This document shows, in pieces, positions 1 to 14,200 of a DNA stretch of 64,000 nt. The notes under the pieces were generated by a model, which worked only from the letters and a program-made list of their open reading frames with translations, did not search any database and was not told the origin of the DNA. Each line of letters opens with the position of its first letter. The stretch's first letter is position 1. Position numbers and translations under genes: made by a program. Origin of the DNA: Antedon mediterranea (lineage: Eukaryota; Animalia; Echinodermata); contig NC_092674.1 of assembly GCF_964355755.1 (NCBI RefSeq), positions 6,882,001 through 6,946,000 of the forward strand, given 5' to 3'.

Positions 1-8
1 CATACATG
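1..8 (+). other. Possible 3' end of an upstream exon ending in ATG (ATG|gtaagt)
   Basis: catacATG followed by perfect donor gtaagt at 9. The exon at 2085 has a strong acceptor and so needs an upstream exon; the join would be in frame. The window edge hides the rest. Confidence 0.45.
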
Positions 9-443
9 GTAAGTTTTTGAAAATGTTTTTGATAATTTGGAAAATGTTGCGTGTACGCATTTTAATATTTTAATTTGTAAATTGTAATATGTTTCTTCTG
101 GTGATTGCTGTATTAAGATCGTTAGAAATGTGTTAGGCTGTTTAATATTTCTAGCTATAGTCTGATTTGACAATGATAACAATGAGATGTTAGTGATGGA
201 TGTTGGTAACAAGTTAAAAGATTACATCACCAATGGTGATTGCGTTGAAATTTACGATAACCGGAATTATCATAATGATTAAAATATTGTTCTTGTTGCT
301 GAATTGGTTTTAATTCATTGTTGTAGTACTATGCAGTAGTATGATTTACTTAATTAATGTTTTACAGTAAATATAGGTGTATGCCAAAAATGAATATCAG
401 ATTCCATATTGTTTACATTCTGTGCTAGTTATTTTAATTTTAA

Positions 444-609
444 GGCTCTGTCTACACTATCAAACTTTATGTGACAGTAAAATGTGATGTGCCCATATAT
501 GGACATGGTGAAATCATATCACTACCATACTTGGGCATAATACTACCATATTTGGGTAGCCTACATCACACTCTTTTTATCAAACTAGTTTGATATTGTA
601 GACAGAGCT
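444..609. mobile_element. PIF/Harbinger (Tourist-like) MITE, family A, reference copy
   Basis: TIR GGCTCTGTCTACAC...GTAGACAGAGCT flanked by TAA/TTA; internal ~21-bp subrepeat catatcactaccatatttggg. Other copies near 19338, 25619, 31940, 34506, 39097, 39216, 42133, 46066, 49857, 50818, 53425, 55255. Confidence 0.8.
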
Positions 610-1756
610 TTAGGCCAAGCTAACATTAAAAAAAAAGTTATCTAGAAAAAGAAAAAAAAAAAAAAGCAATACTCGGACAGAAGACATTGTCTACTAATAA
701 GTTTAAGTTGATTTTAAAATGTCCTATTCAAGGATTGATTTCATTCATCTTCTTTTCTAATTAGTTGTCAAATTAGATTTTTTTTATAATATGTTACATA
801 AATTCATATAGACAAATAAAAAATACAGTATGTTCTATTCAAACATTATTTATTCAGCATAGGTTTATTACATAACGATAAAAAAAGAAGAATTTAACAG
901 ATTTGACATTATGGTAATCATGGACTATACTATTAACTATAAAACATTACCATAGAGTGATTACATTAATTTGATATCTACAATAAAAAAAAAATTCTCT
1001 AATAAATATCAAAAGTTGTGAGAATTTGTGTGTAAAATTTTTCATTATGAAAATGCTTGCTCGAAGACGTGGCTCACAAGATTATTTTCTATAATATCCT
1101 AAACCTGTTTTGTAATTCTGGTTGAATAGCCTGTAGTACTATCTAAATGTAATTCTTAATCATAAATTTGTATAACGATGACTCAACTAGTGCATAATAT
1201 GCTATCCATACATTCTGTTCTCCTCCGCTTATATTGCATATACAACCTGTACACTTGGCAATGGGAAGAATATGGATATGTCATTTCAAAGATGAACCTT
1301 TTTTTTTTGCATCAAGAAATCATGTACTCTGCAAAAACTTCTGACATCCTTGGGCGGGCCCTCAAGATGGCTTAATATATCCAGTATACAGAAAATGTTG
1401 TAGTGTGTTTTCGGAATACATTTTCCTACAATATGAATTAAAAAAATTCTGTTTTTGGGAGTGGTTTTTGATAATTAGAAGAAAACTTGCAAACATCACA
1501 TTAAACAAGAAAATTCTTTATGGGGATGGCGGGTAGGCTGTTTATCCTATTTATCGTTAATGTAGTCTATCCGTGCCTAATACCAAGATAAACTGACATT
1601 GGTCATAATAATATTGGACATAATTCATTTAGAATATATCAGGGATGGCAACCATACTGTAGATAGAGAGCAAATCTTCAAGTCAAGCAGTAAACCATTA
1701 AAAGCTGCCAGAGAGATGAGTGCCCATTTTGCCTACCACTGGATTTGACACCTTAA

Positions 1757-1967
1757 GGATATATTGTCTTCCTGAAAAAAATCATTTTTTAAAATTGTTT
1801 TTTGTTGAATATGCCATTTTAATTCCACATATAGAAGTGAAAACATAATTTGTTCAGGGTTTTTTTTTCTATGGAAATGATTAAACTATGTTAAAACTAC
1901 AAAATGGCCTATTCAAAGTCTGATTATATTAATTTTCATTTTTCATATTTTGGGAAAGAATACATCT
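1757..1967. mobile_element. Kolobok-like MITE (TTAA target duplication), family K
   Basis: TTAA on both sides, TIR ~AGATGTATTGTCCCCC; copies at ~6673-6996, 12159-12421, 27944-28252, 28905-29201, 29555-29769. Confidence 0.65.
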
Positions 1968-2084
1968 TTAAATGGATTGAATTAAAAATTATAAAGTAGA
2001 ATTAGATAGAAGTTTAGTGAGAACATTTCTAGTTGGTAAACTGTATTTTTTTAACCTGTTTCTCTGTTTCTTCTTTTTGCCTAG

Positions 2085-2210
2085 ATGAACATGGCAAGCG
2101 GCAACGCTGTTCTGGGGACCAAGGGCCTGTACCAACAGATAGCTTGTGGTGACACCTCCAACGTTACCGTTCTGCTTCAGCGACTTCATAACATTAACAT
2201 CAAAGATGAG
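2085..2210 (+). CDS. KIDINS220: KIDINS220 exon 1 ([42 protein letters not shown])
   Basis: Polypyrimidine tract + ctag|ATG; donor GAG|gtaaga; phase 0; resembles the N-terminal partial ankyrin repeat. Confidence 0.85.
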
Positions 2211-5200
2211 GTAAGAAGAGTTATTCTCCTCAACAATTTTTTCATCAGCCAGTTTTATTGTTCAATATTTTCTGTTAATTTGGAACTAGAAATGTGATAA
2301 CAATGCAGTTTTCTTTTAGTGTTTTATTTTATTCATACTATAAAGGGATCATGTCAAAATTATTCTTTTACAGTTTTACAAATTAGAATAAATGCCATAT
2401 GATTTTAGTTTGTTTCAGCAGCGTAGGAGTTTATGAGTCCATCTGCCATAAGCAATGCTTACAATTATAAAAAATTGCATTAAAAACATGTAATTTCATT
2501 CTTTAAGCATTTATAAAGGAATCATGTCAAAGATTATTTTACTGCAGTTCTACAAGTCAGAATAATACCATATGATTTCAGTTTGTTTCAGCAGCGTAGG
2601 CGTTTATTATTCCGTCTGCCATAAGCAGTGCGTGTAATTACCCAGAATAGTTTGGTAAATAATTGCATTTAAAAAAGTGTAATTTTATTCTTTAAGCATA
2701 TTTTTATTAAAAGGGATCATGGCAAAAATGATTCTACTGCAGTTCTATGAGGCAGAATAATAGCATGGTTTTAGTCTGTTTATGAGTCCGTCTGCCATAA
2801 CCAATACTTTGTAAAAACTAAAATAATTGCATTATTTATTAAACAATATTTAGTTACTGCAGTAACTGCAGTAGAATAATTTTGACATGGTCCCTAAATT
2901 GAACCAGCGATATGAATAATAATCTTACGAATACGATAACGAAAACGGGTACGTCACGCACACGTATTCGTTTTTCGTAAGCCAGTAAAAATCTGTTTCG
3001 CATGGCAACGAAATATTGAGGGCACCGTCCAAAATATGACTGCGGTAAATTGCGGTAAAGCGCAGGTACGTGTTGCTTGGTGCTTGGCTGTCTAGGCCTA
3101 GCGTAACATCAAAGCAAGTGAGGACTTAAAACTGCTATTTATCAAAATTGACGTGGTATTTTAGTAAATTACTTTAGTAAATTACTTTCAATAAAAGTAT
3201 AATTACCATACTGACGCGGGTAGAAGCCCATACTCGGGTATAAGCCCACCCCCGACTTTTGACTAATTTTCATGAAAAATGAGGCACTCGGGTATAAGCC
3301 CACCCATTAATTCGAAGATCTACAGTGTGTGTTGTAATACATTATTTTGTATTTGGCGACGTCCGTCCATACACCGAATACACCTACCTTTGATCATAAC
3401 CAAGCTAGGCTAATATACGCTAGGCCATATGAGGCCTAGCGGTCCTGTTTTGTTTACATTCCATTGCGGTCGAAGATCGCTTCACACACGACGCTACAAG
3501 TCGCCAAAACGGAAAACCACTATTTGGTATCGGCTGCCATAAACAAGCTTATTAAATTTCTTTGGTACATTTCTATTTAACGAACATTGTATACTTGCTT
3601 TTCTGCTTGATAAATTCTTGTTCAATTGATGTTTAAAATAAGATATTCTACGATAAATTACACGAACTATAAGCTTAATTTTCCGACACTCTGCACCTCG
3701 TGTATTTAGAGGCAACGTCGTAAACGTGAGGGCGCTCGCTCGCATGGTGAAATACACAGTGTACATGTGCTGTTTTTGACGATCTGCATTTTTGGATCCT
3801 CGGGTATAAGCCCACCCCCCAAACTTGACGTGATTTCATGTTCGAGGGGGGTGGGCTTATACCCTCGTCAGTACGGTATATATTGTAATCATGAATCATT
3901 CCCGATTCAAATGCAAAATGTGCAAAATAGATCAAAAACTATACTCGTTTTGTAGTTACTGTACGAATATGACTGGTGATATTCGTCAACACGAATACGT
4001 CTTACGAATATGAAATGGGGATCAGCTCAAAAGTTTCACAAATGTGTGACGTATTCTGTTTTCGTTATCGTATTCGTAAGGTTGCGAAAACTCCCTATTA
4101 TGTAAGGTGCTGTTCATGAATACATATTTACTGATAGGCCTATTATTACAGTATGTTATATAGAGCCTTCAAAAAGTGCATGCACACTTATCCACTGGTA
4201 ATCACCATTAGTAATACCAAGGACAAAAATGTTGACTTTCTCACAATGATTGTCACAATACAAAACATTACCGTTATTAATGTTTACATATTTTAGTGAC
4301 CACACTTATGTACTGTAATGTGGAAAGAGATTTTTGTTCTGATTGCTATCTGGTAAGTAAATGTAAAAAAAGGAGGGATGCGGATTTAATGACAATTACA
4401 GCCGGGAGGTACTGTATACCTCCCTGATTACAGTATAAATTGGTTGCTGCCATGTACAATATGATTCTAATCACTGAGTTGAGTTTGAGTTGAAATTTTA
4501 CATTTTTTTAACCAGATGTGTACAGCTTTTTATCTAACTGTAATTGATGAATTAGAGTATTTTGCATAATATTACCCCTGGGATTTTCTCATTTGCATAC
4601 TTTAATATTCATCAATTTTCATTCTTTTAAATTTATTTAGTTATTATTTTCCAATATTTCTTGCTAATAATACAGTATTCAAATATAATCCTATTCAGTG
4701 ATAACCCTGTTATTAAGAAGACGCTTTTCTATGAAATGAGCAAAAGGCAATATATAAAACACTACAGTCAACCTCTCTATTTCTATATGTTCCATAAATA
4801 CAATTAACATAATTATAAGTTTCTGTGTGGGATGCATATAATGAAATCTTGTATGTACTGTACAGTATTCCTTACATTTGACATTTGGAGAAATATATTA
4901 ACTCTGCGGCCAATTCATTTATCCTATTTTAAGCTTTTAAGCTAAGTTTCTCCCAGTAAGGTGCATCTTTGTAAACATGCTGAATACAAAATTAGAAAAA
5001 AAAGGGGCAGTTTTTTGGGTTACGAAGATGTCCCCATAATTGTACTAGTAAATAATTTTTTTAAATGTATTCTATTCAACTCAATTCCTCAATGTACAGT
5101 ACTGTACCAACCCAGTGTGGTAACCGACTTTCCATACACTACTGTATCCTATCAACATTGCCTAATGTTACTGTTTTATTCAAACTGTCTGCTGTATGCT

Positions 5201-8200
5201 TTGCACATGACATAAGCTATGCGATTATCACCTACTGTATATTCCCATCTATTATTTAGGATAACTGGTTATTAAAATGACGCATATTTATACTCCGATG
5301 ATTTCAGTTTGTGCGATTTTATTCAACCGGTAAAACCTTACAGCTGTAAACACAATTTCAGACATAATTATAGAAACTCTATTTGCTGGAAAGGTTATTT
5401 TATATGTCTTGTGTTTTCTCATTTCAATGTACAGTAGAACTGTAGATAGCTTGACGTCTGTCTGCAGTATAATTTTGTATCTAAAACTATTCCTGTCATT
5501 GTAATCATAATCATCATCATTTTCATTACTCAAATCATAATTATTTTCATTTAAGTAGATAGCTTGCTCAGTCTGCAGAATAGTTACTGTATTTCAAAAT
5601 CATAGTTGTCATTTAAGTTATTCAATTGTTGTCAATTGTCAAAATCATCAATCATGATCAATTTCATCATTTAATCAATAATTTTAGACCTGTATCATCA
5701 TTATTATATCATCAGTTTTGTCAGCGTCATCTTTGTAATCATCATCATCTGGTTGATTATATTATCATTAGTGTTATTATTATCATTGTTATTATGATCA
5801 TAAGCTGGCCATCTTCATCACCATGTTTATCATTATTGTTATCATCATAATCATCATCATCATTATCATCATTATCATCAACAAACTTGGGGATATCATT
5901 ATTACTATGATTATAATTTGATCTGCATTTCTTTAAAATGTATAAAGTAGTAGAAACATTAGTAGACCTATAATTATAATTAGTTTATAATTTTACAGTT
6001 ATAAAAAAGGCTATTCTTTCATTCATGTTTAATATCCATTTATCTGCCATTACATCAGTGCTGTATAAATTGGTACATGTTCTAAGCCTCCTGTGTACAG
6101 ACTATTTCTTTTTACTTATTTGCATTTAACTATTTAACAGTACAGTACCTTGTGTATTAACATAGCCTGGCTGCAATATTCCTTTTATTGCCTAGTAAAA
6201 CCTTACTGTTAGAATATCTAAGGAGAAAACTTTACTTTAGCTAATTGGAAAGTGAGCTGTCATTGATTTATACATTGTAGAATTCGTATTTATTCATGGA
6301 ATTTTCATTATTTATAGTCGGAATGAAAATGATTAATACTTTGTTTTTTGTATGAAAATCTAATAGAAAAATGAATATTATAAAATTGTTCATATACGCA
6401 TTTATATGTGTATAGTGTTGGAGCCTTTAATTTAATCGCAGGGCCAATAATTATGTTGTTAACGTCGGGCTACTGTGCTATGTAGAATGGTGTTTTTCCA
6501 AGACAGATGTTAGACAAATTTCCGGAAATTCTCAAGCCATTACACGGTATCACACATTTGGGTCGAAAAGGTCAAATATACTAGTTCTTATAGAATAAAA
6601 GATAATATTTTCAATTTAAAAAGCATTGTAATGTAAAGATATGAAATTGGACTATCAGAAAAATTTCATTAAAAAATATATTGTCATCTCTATAAATTGT
6701 TGATAATTTTTTTTTTAATATGCCATTTTAATGTTACAAAATACTAAATAGCTATTCACAATAGGCGAAAAATTTAATAGGAAAAAAATATATTACCTGA
6801 AAAAAACTGTAATTTAAAGCAAAATATAGTCAAATTGTCAGTTATTTTTTATAAAATGCTTGCTCTTTTTATGAGTGAAGTCATTATTTTTGTTGGTTTT
6901 GTTTTTCTTAATGAATAACTAAACAAATGACAAAATGGCCTCAAAATCTGATTTTATTAATCTTCATTTTCCATGTGTTTGGTAGAAAAAATATCTTTAA
7001 TCTATGGATGGTTGTTAAGGAGTATATTATCGATAGTTTAATGAAGTATGTGATCCATAGTGATACACATACTGTATCTATAGCACAAATATTAACACAT
7101 TGAAGTTCTATACTCGCTTTACAGAATTGATTCATTTTGACATAGCATTTGCACAGCTGTCCGGTTGCATTGGTCGACGCATGTGCTAATTGATGTTGTA
7201 CAAGTGTTGATAAAAAGTCGCAGAGATGTCCCATTTATTTATTGACACACGCTCTCTTTGCTTACACAATACAAAGTGAAAAATCACATCGATAATGTTT
7301 AAACTGCATTACAATTAGATGTCATTAACTGTATTGAACATAAGTCAAGAAAACTCATTAATAACTGGAGGTTAAATTATAGAATATTACTGTAATATAA
7401 AATCAAAATAATTATTTATGATAGTTGTACACAATTTTTCAAAATTCATAGATTATAAACAATCAATTTGTTATCTTTTCTGAGAAGTAGTACTTTGTTT
7501 GAATATCCAATGAGATTAGATTCAGATTTCATCATAGTTCAATCAAAAGAAAAATAATTTCATAAGATAATTATTGACAAATATGTCAGATTATATTCAT
7601 TAACAACTCCAACAATTTAAAACTTTCTTATGAAAGTATATTACCGTAGTACTGTGTGTATTCACCGAGTTACAGTAAGTATGTGAGATACACAAGTATG
7701 TCAAACTACATCCATGAATTATCAGCACATGGCCACAACACTTCTAGGCCATATTTCTAGTTTTATCTTTCTTGGAAAGGACTTGTAGTCCAGTGTACTC
7801 GTTTGAATTGTATTACTTAACAGAACATGGTGCTTCTTGTTGTAGGGTTACCCCAGTGTTTTAACACTGCTTTGAAATATTCTATCAGCTCAGCTTTGTT
7901 AAGAAATTTAGGCCTATGTCAAGTGGGATAAATGTACATTTAAAGTATTAAAAAAAAAATAGCTAATAATAAATGCTTATTTACTAAAATTAATTTAATG
8001 ATAGTAATTTATTGAATTATTATTTGTTTTTTTCCCCAATAGTTATGAGGCCAAAAAACTAGTCTATCATTCATAATCATACCCCAGCATGTTTAGTATA
8101 TTTATGGGTGTTATCTTGCTTTTTGCCTAATGTGCTAGTGTAAAACTAGCACCACACACTTCATAACCAATTTTAGTTTGCAAAACAGGGCTAGCATTTT

Positions 8201-11200
8201 ATACACGGGAGAAGAGAAACAATTCTTTAAAAACTCTACTGATGGAACTGCAGTAGTAAAATATGCCCATTGTCTAGTCTGCACAACATGGCTAGCATTT
8301 TATACAGTACATGGGGGAAGAGAAACAATTGTTTTTAAAAACTATACTGAAGGAACTGCAGTACTTCTAGTTAATTAATTCGATTGCTCGCTGACTCCCT
8401 TGTAATGAATAAATGCCTTAATTGCAGCTTCACAAATCGAATAAGAAAATAAGCCTTTAATCTCTCAAGCCATCTTACAAGGCAATATTCGTCTGCCGAT
8501 GGAATACTGTCGTGGTTATATTGAAGATCGAGGGCAAGTATTGCTTTCAGCCTATGGCCTTTCCCCAATTGAAATGTTCGTCGTTAAGTTAATGAGGTAA
8601 CCAGAACAGAAGTCGCTAAAACACGTTCTAACTGATTGAAATGAGAACATGTAAATCCTTATTATTAAGAAGTCCCCATGTGCCTCATCTAACTAGCTTG
8701 ATCTGTAAATGCTAACACAGATTAAAAAAAAAACTTGGAAAACAGATCTGTTGCTCTGAGCTGCGACATACGCCCAGGTTATTACACATCGTTTCAAGAT
8801 TGAAACTAAACGCGTTTCATTTTATACACACGACCACAACTCTGAAATGATTTTAAATTGTATTGGTGAACAGAACGTCAGTTTGGCTAAAGTTGTATCT
8901 ATTCCTTACTTGATATTCACTTAAAGCTGTTGGATTTATTAGAGGCAATGCATTACTGTTATTACTGAGTGATTTTTCAGCTCGACTGGCACAGACGTGC
9001 GTCAGCCGCATTTTTTATACTGATGTGGCTTAATAACATAAAACATGATGGCGATAAGATGTAACCGTGGTAATGATCACCTTAGACAGTACGCGTTCGT
9101 TCCCGGTACTTCGCTTTACTGGGCCGCCAAGGTAGGCAGTCACTCATCAACATTCATATCGATTAGGAAACCTTTTTGTCATTTTTACTACATTATTATA
9201 TTTCCAAGTTATGAACTTATTGGTAAACGAAGACAGTTATTAAGTGATTGATATAAAGCTATTTATAATATTAACGGTCTGCTAGAGTTAATCTTACTCT
9301 CGTTCTAGTAGAGAACTATGATGTGTTATTCTTTCAATTCTAATCCATATCTCTTTTTCAAATTTCTCAAATGGATGACCAAGATTATTAAAGTATCATT
9401 TTGAATCTTCAAAGAGAGAAAAGTTATTTGGTTATTTCTGATTTTTTACATATTTGAGGGGTTTGGTATAATATTTATAATTTAAACACCCAAAAGTATT
9501 TAACTCTAGTTACTAAGAAAGAATATATATTTGAAGACTACAGCCAACCACCATTAATTTTGTTGCGTCCAGAAGGTGTCCCTTAATAGAGATTCTACTG
9601 TTTTATGATGGCACTGTATGTGCACAATTTGGCATAATTATATTAGACATTGATGTTTCCACTTGAAGAATGAATACTACTTTAAACAGTCTTGTTTCTG
9701 TTACCAAATACCTTTGGGACATCCCTATTAAGGGGACACACATTTCTATGAAAGGAAAGGTGGGGAATATATTTTGTAATATGGCCAATCTCTGTTTAGG
9801 GGACACGCAAAGTGGGACACAAATTTCTTATTAATAGAGGCTTGGACTTTAATGTTTCCACTTCAATAATGCTACTTAGAAAAGTCTTATGTCTGACACC
9901 CCCATTAAGGAGATACTTTGTCCTTAGTAGGAGGTCTACTGAACAGCAACAAATAAAATAAAAGTTATTATTAAATTTTGGTATATTTCAAGCATATTTC
10001 TAGGTCAATACATTTATATATTCTTTAATAATATGATATTTCATATGGTAAGATTATTCAGACTATTTTTTGTTATATTTTACTTTGCATCAAAATATGT
10101 AATTAGAATTTATAGATATAAGTATTGTATGACAAATGTTATATCTAAAAGGCAATAACCATCTTCGGAAATGTCAATGTTAAAAGGTAGGCCTTCTGAA
10201 ATGCTATGGGGAAATGTCGACGACGGAATAGCAGAGTTGTTTCAAATTTGTTTTGACTTTCTCTTTTCGAAAGTTGATGCTAATATGTTTAACTTATAAA
10301 AATAATAATAATGTTAACATTATTATTTAAATGTAATTTCAATAAGTAATTAGAGGGCACGGTCCGCGGATGACACAATTATCCAATAGGGATGCTCGGT
10401 TATACAAAAACATGTTTGGTTTGTAACAGATTGGAATTAATTTGTTGACGTAAAACATATGGACACATTTAAAATAAATCTAGTGAAATGATATTTAACT
10501 AAAATTAGCATAATACAAATATTGATTTAAAACAGTAAATATTGCATTCAACATAATATTCAAATGTATGTCATTTTATTATCATTTTATCATATTGAAA
10601 CAACACATTTTATTCATCCAATTCTTATGTAAATTCTTTGTGTCAAAAAGCATTATAAACGTCTGGCCGTTAGATCTTACAGAAGCTCCCGTCTAATTGG
10701 TCGGTGATGATTGCCGAGCTATTTTTACGCATATTCTTACACCTGCGATAGACGACTGTCAACTCACTAATGACCAGGTGAAAGTTTAATTAATTCATGA
10801 ATAAATTATACAGTTCAGTGATTTGCATGTTCACTTGTAACACTTGAGATTCAAATCTAATTTATGAATTAAAAATTAAGAAAAAAAATTCTACTTTCTA
10901 CTAAATATTTAATTAACTTAAATGTCAAAAAAATATTTTGTCATTAATAATAATAATTAATTAATTATAGAAATATCTCTGGAAACAAATTTGATTTAAC
11001 CTTTAATTATTATTAAATAAATACTTTAATTTATAATTAAATAAGAATTTCTTTTCTCAGTTTACTAAGGTAGTAGGTACTAATTAAGACCTATTAGAAG
11101 ACCTTTTTAAAGTCCAACAGTTATTTAATTTTACAGTTTATAAAGGTAATATTGTACCTAAATTACTAATTATGATCTCTTTTTAAGTCCTTAATTTCAC

Positions 11201-14200
11201 AGTTTTCTAGAAGAACTTTTCAATAATAAAATGGAAGACCTTATTACTGTAAGGTCAAACAATAAAGAATCTTTTAGAATAATTTTTTTTTGTATTAATC
11301 AACCCAATATAATATAGAATTCTTTAAACAATATTTTTAAATTTATTATTAGTCTACTGTCTTAAAAGGGATTTTATTTTTAGGTAATTCTTTATTTAAT
11401 TTTTTTATAATGTTAAACATATGATGTTAAACCTGAGTTAAGAACCGTATTCCAGATTTAAAAATTGACAATTATTAAATATTTCTAGTCTACTGTCTCT
11501 TGTGACCATTTTAATAAATTATGCTACAACGCTCGCCGTCTCTGTACAGTATTATAGCTTGTGTAAACTACAGCAAAATAGCTACAAGGCATAGATTTGT
11601 CCATTTTCTGTTCAATCTGAATCGGCTAAACTAAACTTACTCGATTTGATTCCTTTGTGGTTGTAACGTAAAAAATATAATGTTGTGCTTTTCAGTTTAG
11701 TGGCCATTTTAATAACTTATGCTTGCTCATTGGTTTTCTAAAATATAAAACAGCTAATAACGAGGCATAGATTTTTCCATTTGGTATTTGTTCACTAAAA
11801 ATTTTAATCCGGCTAAACTCAAATGGCTGTTTGGGTTTTATTCTTTTGTGGTTATAATGTAAAAATATAATCTAGAATATCTGTCTCTAGGAAATATTAA
11901 AAAGTAAAATTGTTGCTATCACAATGAAATGGTTGTATCTCAATTTACTAAAAAAGGAACGCTGACCCTGAAAGGTTTGTAGGAAATTTGTTTTTAAATT
12001 TGATAGAATACATCTACCATTCACATTTTAGAAAGAAGTCATGATATAATGACTTGTATTAAGTACTAATACAGTAAAAAATACACCTGAAATTAAGTCT
12101 GAATTTATTGGTATTTCACACTCAGGATATATCCATCTAGTAGTCTAAATTCTATTAAAGATGAATTGTCCCCCTGAAAAAATATTTCTTAACAAAAATA
12201 GTTATCCACTTTGACTAAAAAGTGGATAAAAAAAATATACAATTACCCGAAAAAACTGTAATTTAAAGCAAAAAATGGTCAAACATGTTATATGTAAAAA
12301 CATGACTTTTTTCGTTTTTCCCCCTACGGAAGTGATTAACTTTATTAAAACTACAAAATAACATATTCAAAGTCTGTTTTAATTAATCTTTATTTCTCAA
12401 TTTTTGGAGGACAATACATCTTTAACTGCATATTCTAAATAGTAAATTGTATTTGAATGTGTTTACTAAGAACACTGAAACCAAGTCTGATATTGTATGG
12501 TAAAACTATTGGTATTTACACACATGTATCCATCTAATATAGTTCTGTTAACTGCATCTTTAAGGAATCACTATCAAAATAAATTAAATCCCAGTATAGT
12601 ATACCATTTTGCTAACGAAGAAACACCAAAACCAAATCTGGTATAAAATCATTGGTATTTCACACACTGAACACACAGCTTCCAGTAACACCACATTCTA
12701 ATTACTAATTCCTTAAGGAATCAATCAGAAGGAATTGTATCAATCCCAGTTTTTATTATACTAATTTACTATAAAGAAGAGAAAAAAAAAACGGCAAAAC
12801 CAATTGTATGGTAAATCATTGGTATTTCACACACGGAACACACAACTTCCATTCCAATGCCACATTTTTTGACTAATTTCTTTAGGAATCCGTATAAAAA
12901 AGATTTGTATCCCAGTATAATACCAATTTGATAAAAGAAGAAATGACAAAACCAATCAAATTGTATGGTACTGTAAATCATTGGTATTTCACACACGGAA
13001 CAAACAGCTTCCATTACCGCCACATTCTCTAATGACTAATTTCTTAAGGAATCAATCAGAAGGAATTGTATCAATCCCAGTTTATACTAATTTACTATAA
13101 AGAAGAAAAAAAAAACAGCAAAACCAATTGTATGGTAAATCATTGGTATTTCACACACGGAACACACAGCTTCCATTAACGCCACATTCTCTAATGACTA
13201 ATTCCTTAAGGAATCAATATCTCATATAATGAGAATTACTTGAAGTGCCAAAGGGAAGTTATTCTTGGAATCAAATAGAAACAAGATCAACATTAAAATA
13301 GAGTGGGAAATTGAGTTTCACCGTTAATGAATTTCACTGCCATTATCTGTTATTATAGTTTTGCTAAAAAATGGTATTAGAGAGTGATGTGGTAATTGAA
13401 AATTGATGATAGCTTTGTGGTGATTCATTCAATGAGTAAACTGAAATAACACATTTTTTTACTGGTTTCTGCAGTATATTGCGTTATTTGCAACAGTAAT
13501 TGTAAAATCGTTTTTGGTTTGATTAAATATATTACTGCATGACCACTTAAAAATGCAAATAATATAACATAAATATGTTAACCATAAATTCATTCATTTA
13601 TTTGGTGAATGTGAACCTTAATATTAATAAATACACAACAAAAAAATGATCACCAAACAATTACAATAGAAATGGTAGTAAAAATTTGTTTAAAACTTCA
13701 ATAAAAATTTTAATAAACATCAAAAGCAGACAATACAAAAATAATTTAAAATACAGTCACAGTATATAAAAAATTACTAAAATTTGAAAAAAATTGTACA
13801 CTGAATACATTTTTACAAAAAAAATATACAATACACAATAAAAAGATATATAAAAAAATAATGATTTACAATTTTGAAAATAAGGGCTATTACTTTGTCC
13901 ATTTTTAATTGACTAAACTAGCCGCCAAATAGATTTGATACCTAAATAATACATATAAAATACATTAAAAAAAATATATACAATAAACAATAAAAAGAGA
14001 TTAAAAAAATAATAATAATAATAATAGATAAAATCTTTTTTTATATTGAAAAGATTTACAAAAAGAAGGGCTATTACTTTGTACATTATGTAGGAACATT
14101 TTAATTGACTATTCTAAACTGGCCGAATAGATTTGATACCTTTGTGTATTACCGCCAACATTATATGCACCGAAGGAGGAATGATGGAGTGTTCCCTTCC

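Noticed and set aside
1178-1375. 65-aa ORF upstream of exon 1
   Set aside because: No recognisable homology or splice context; could be a decayed TE fragment but cannot be supported
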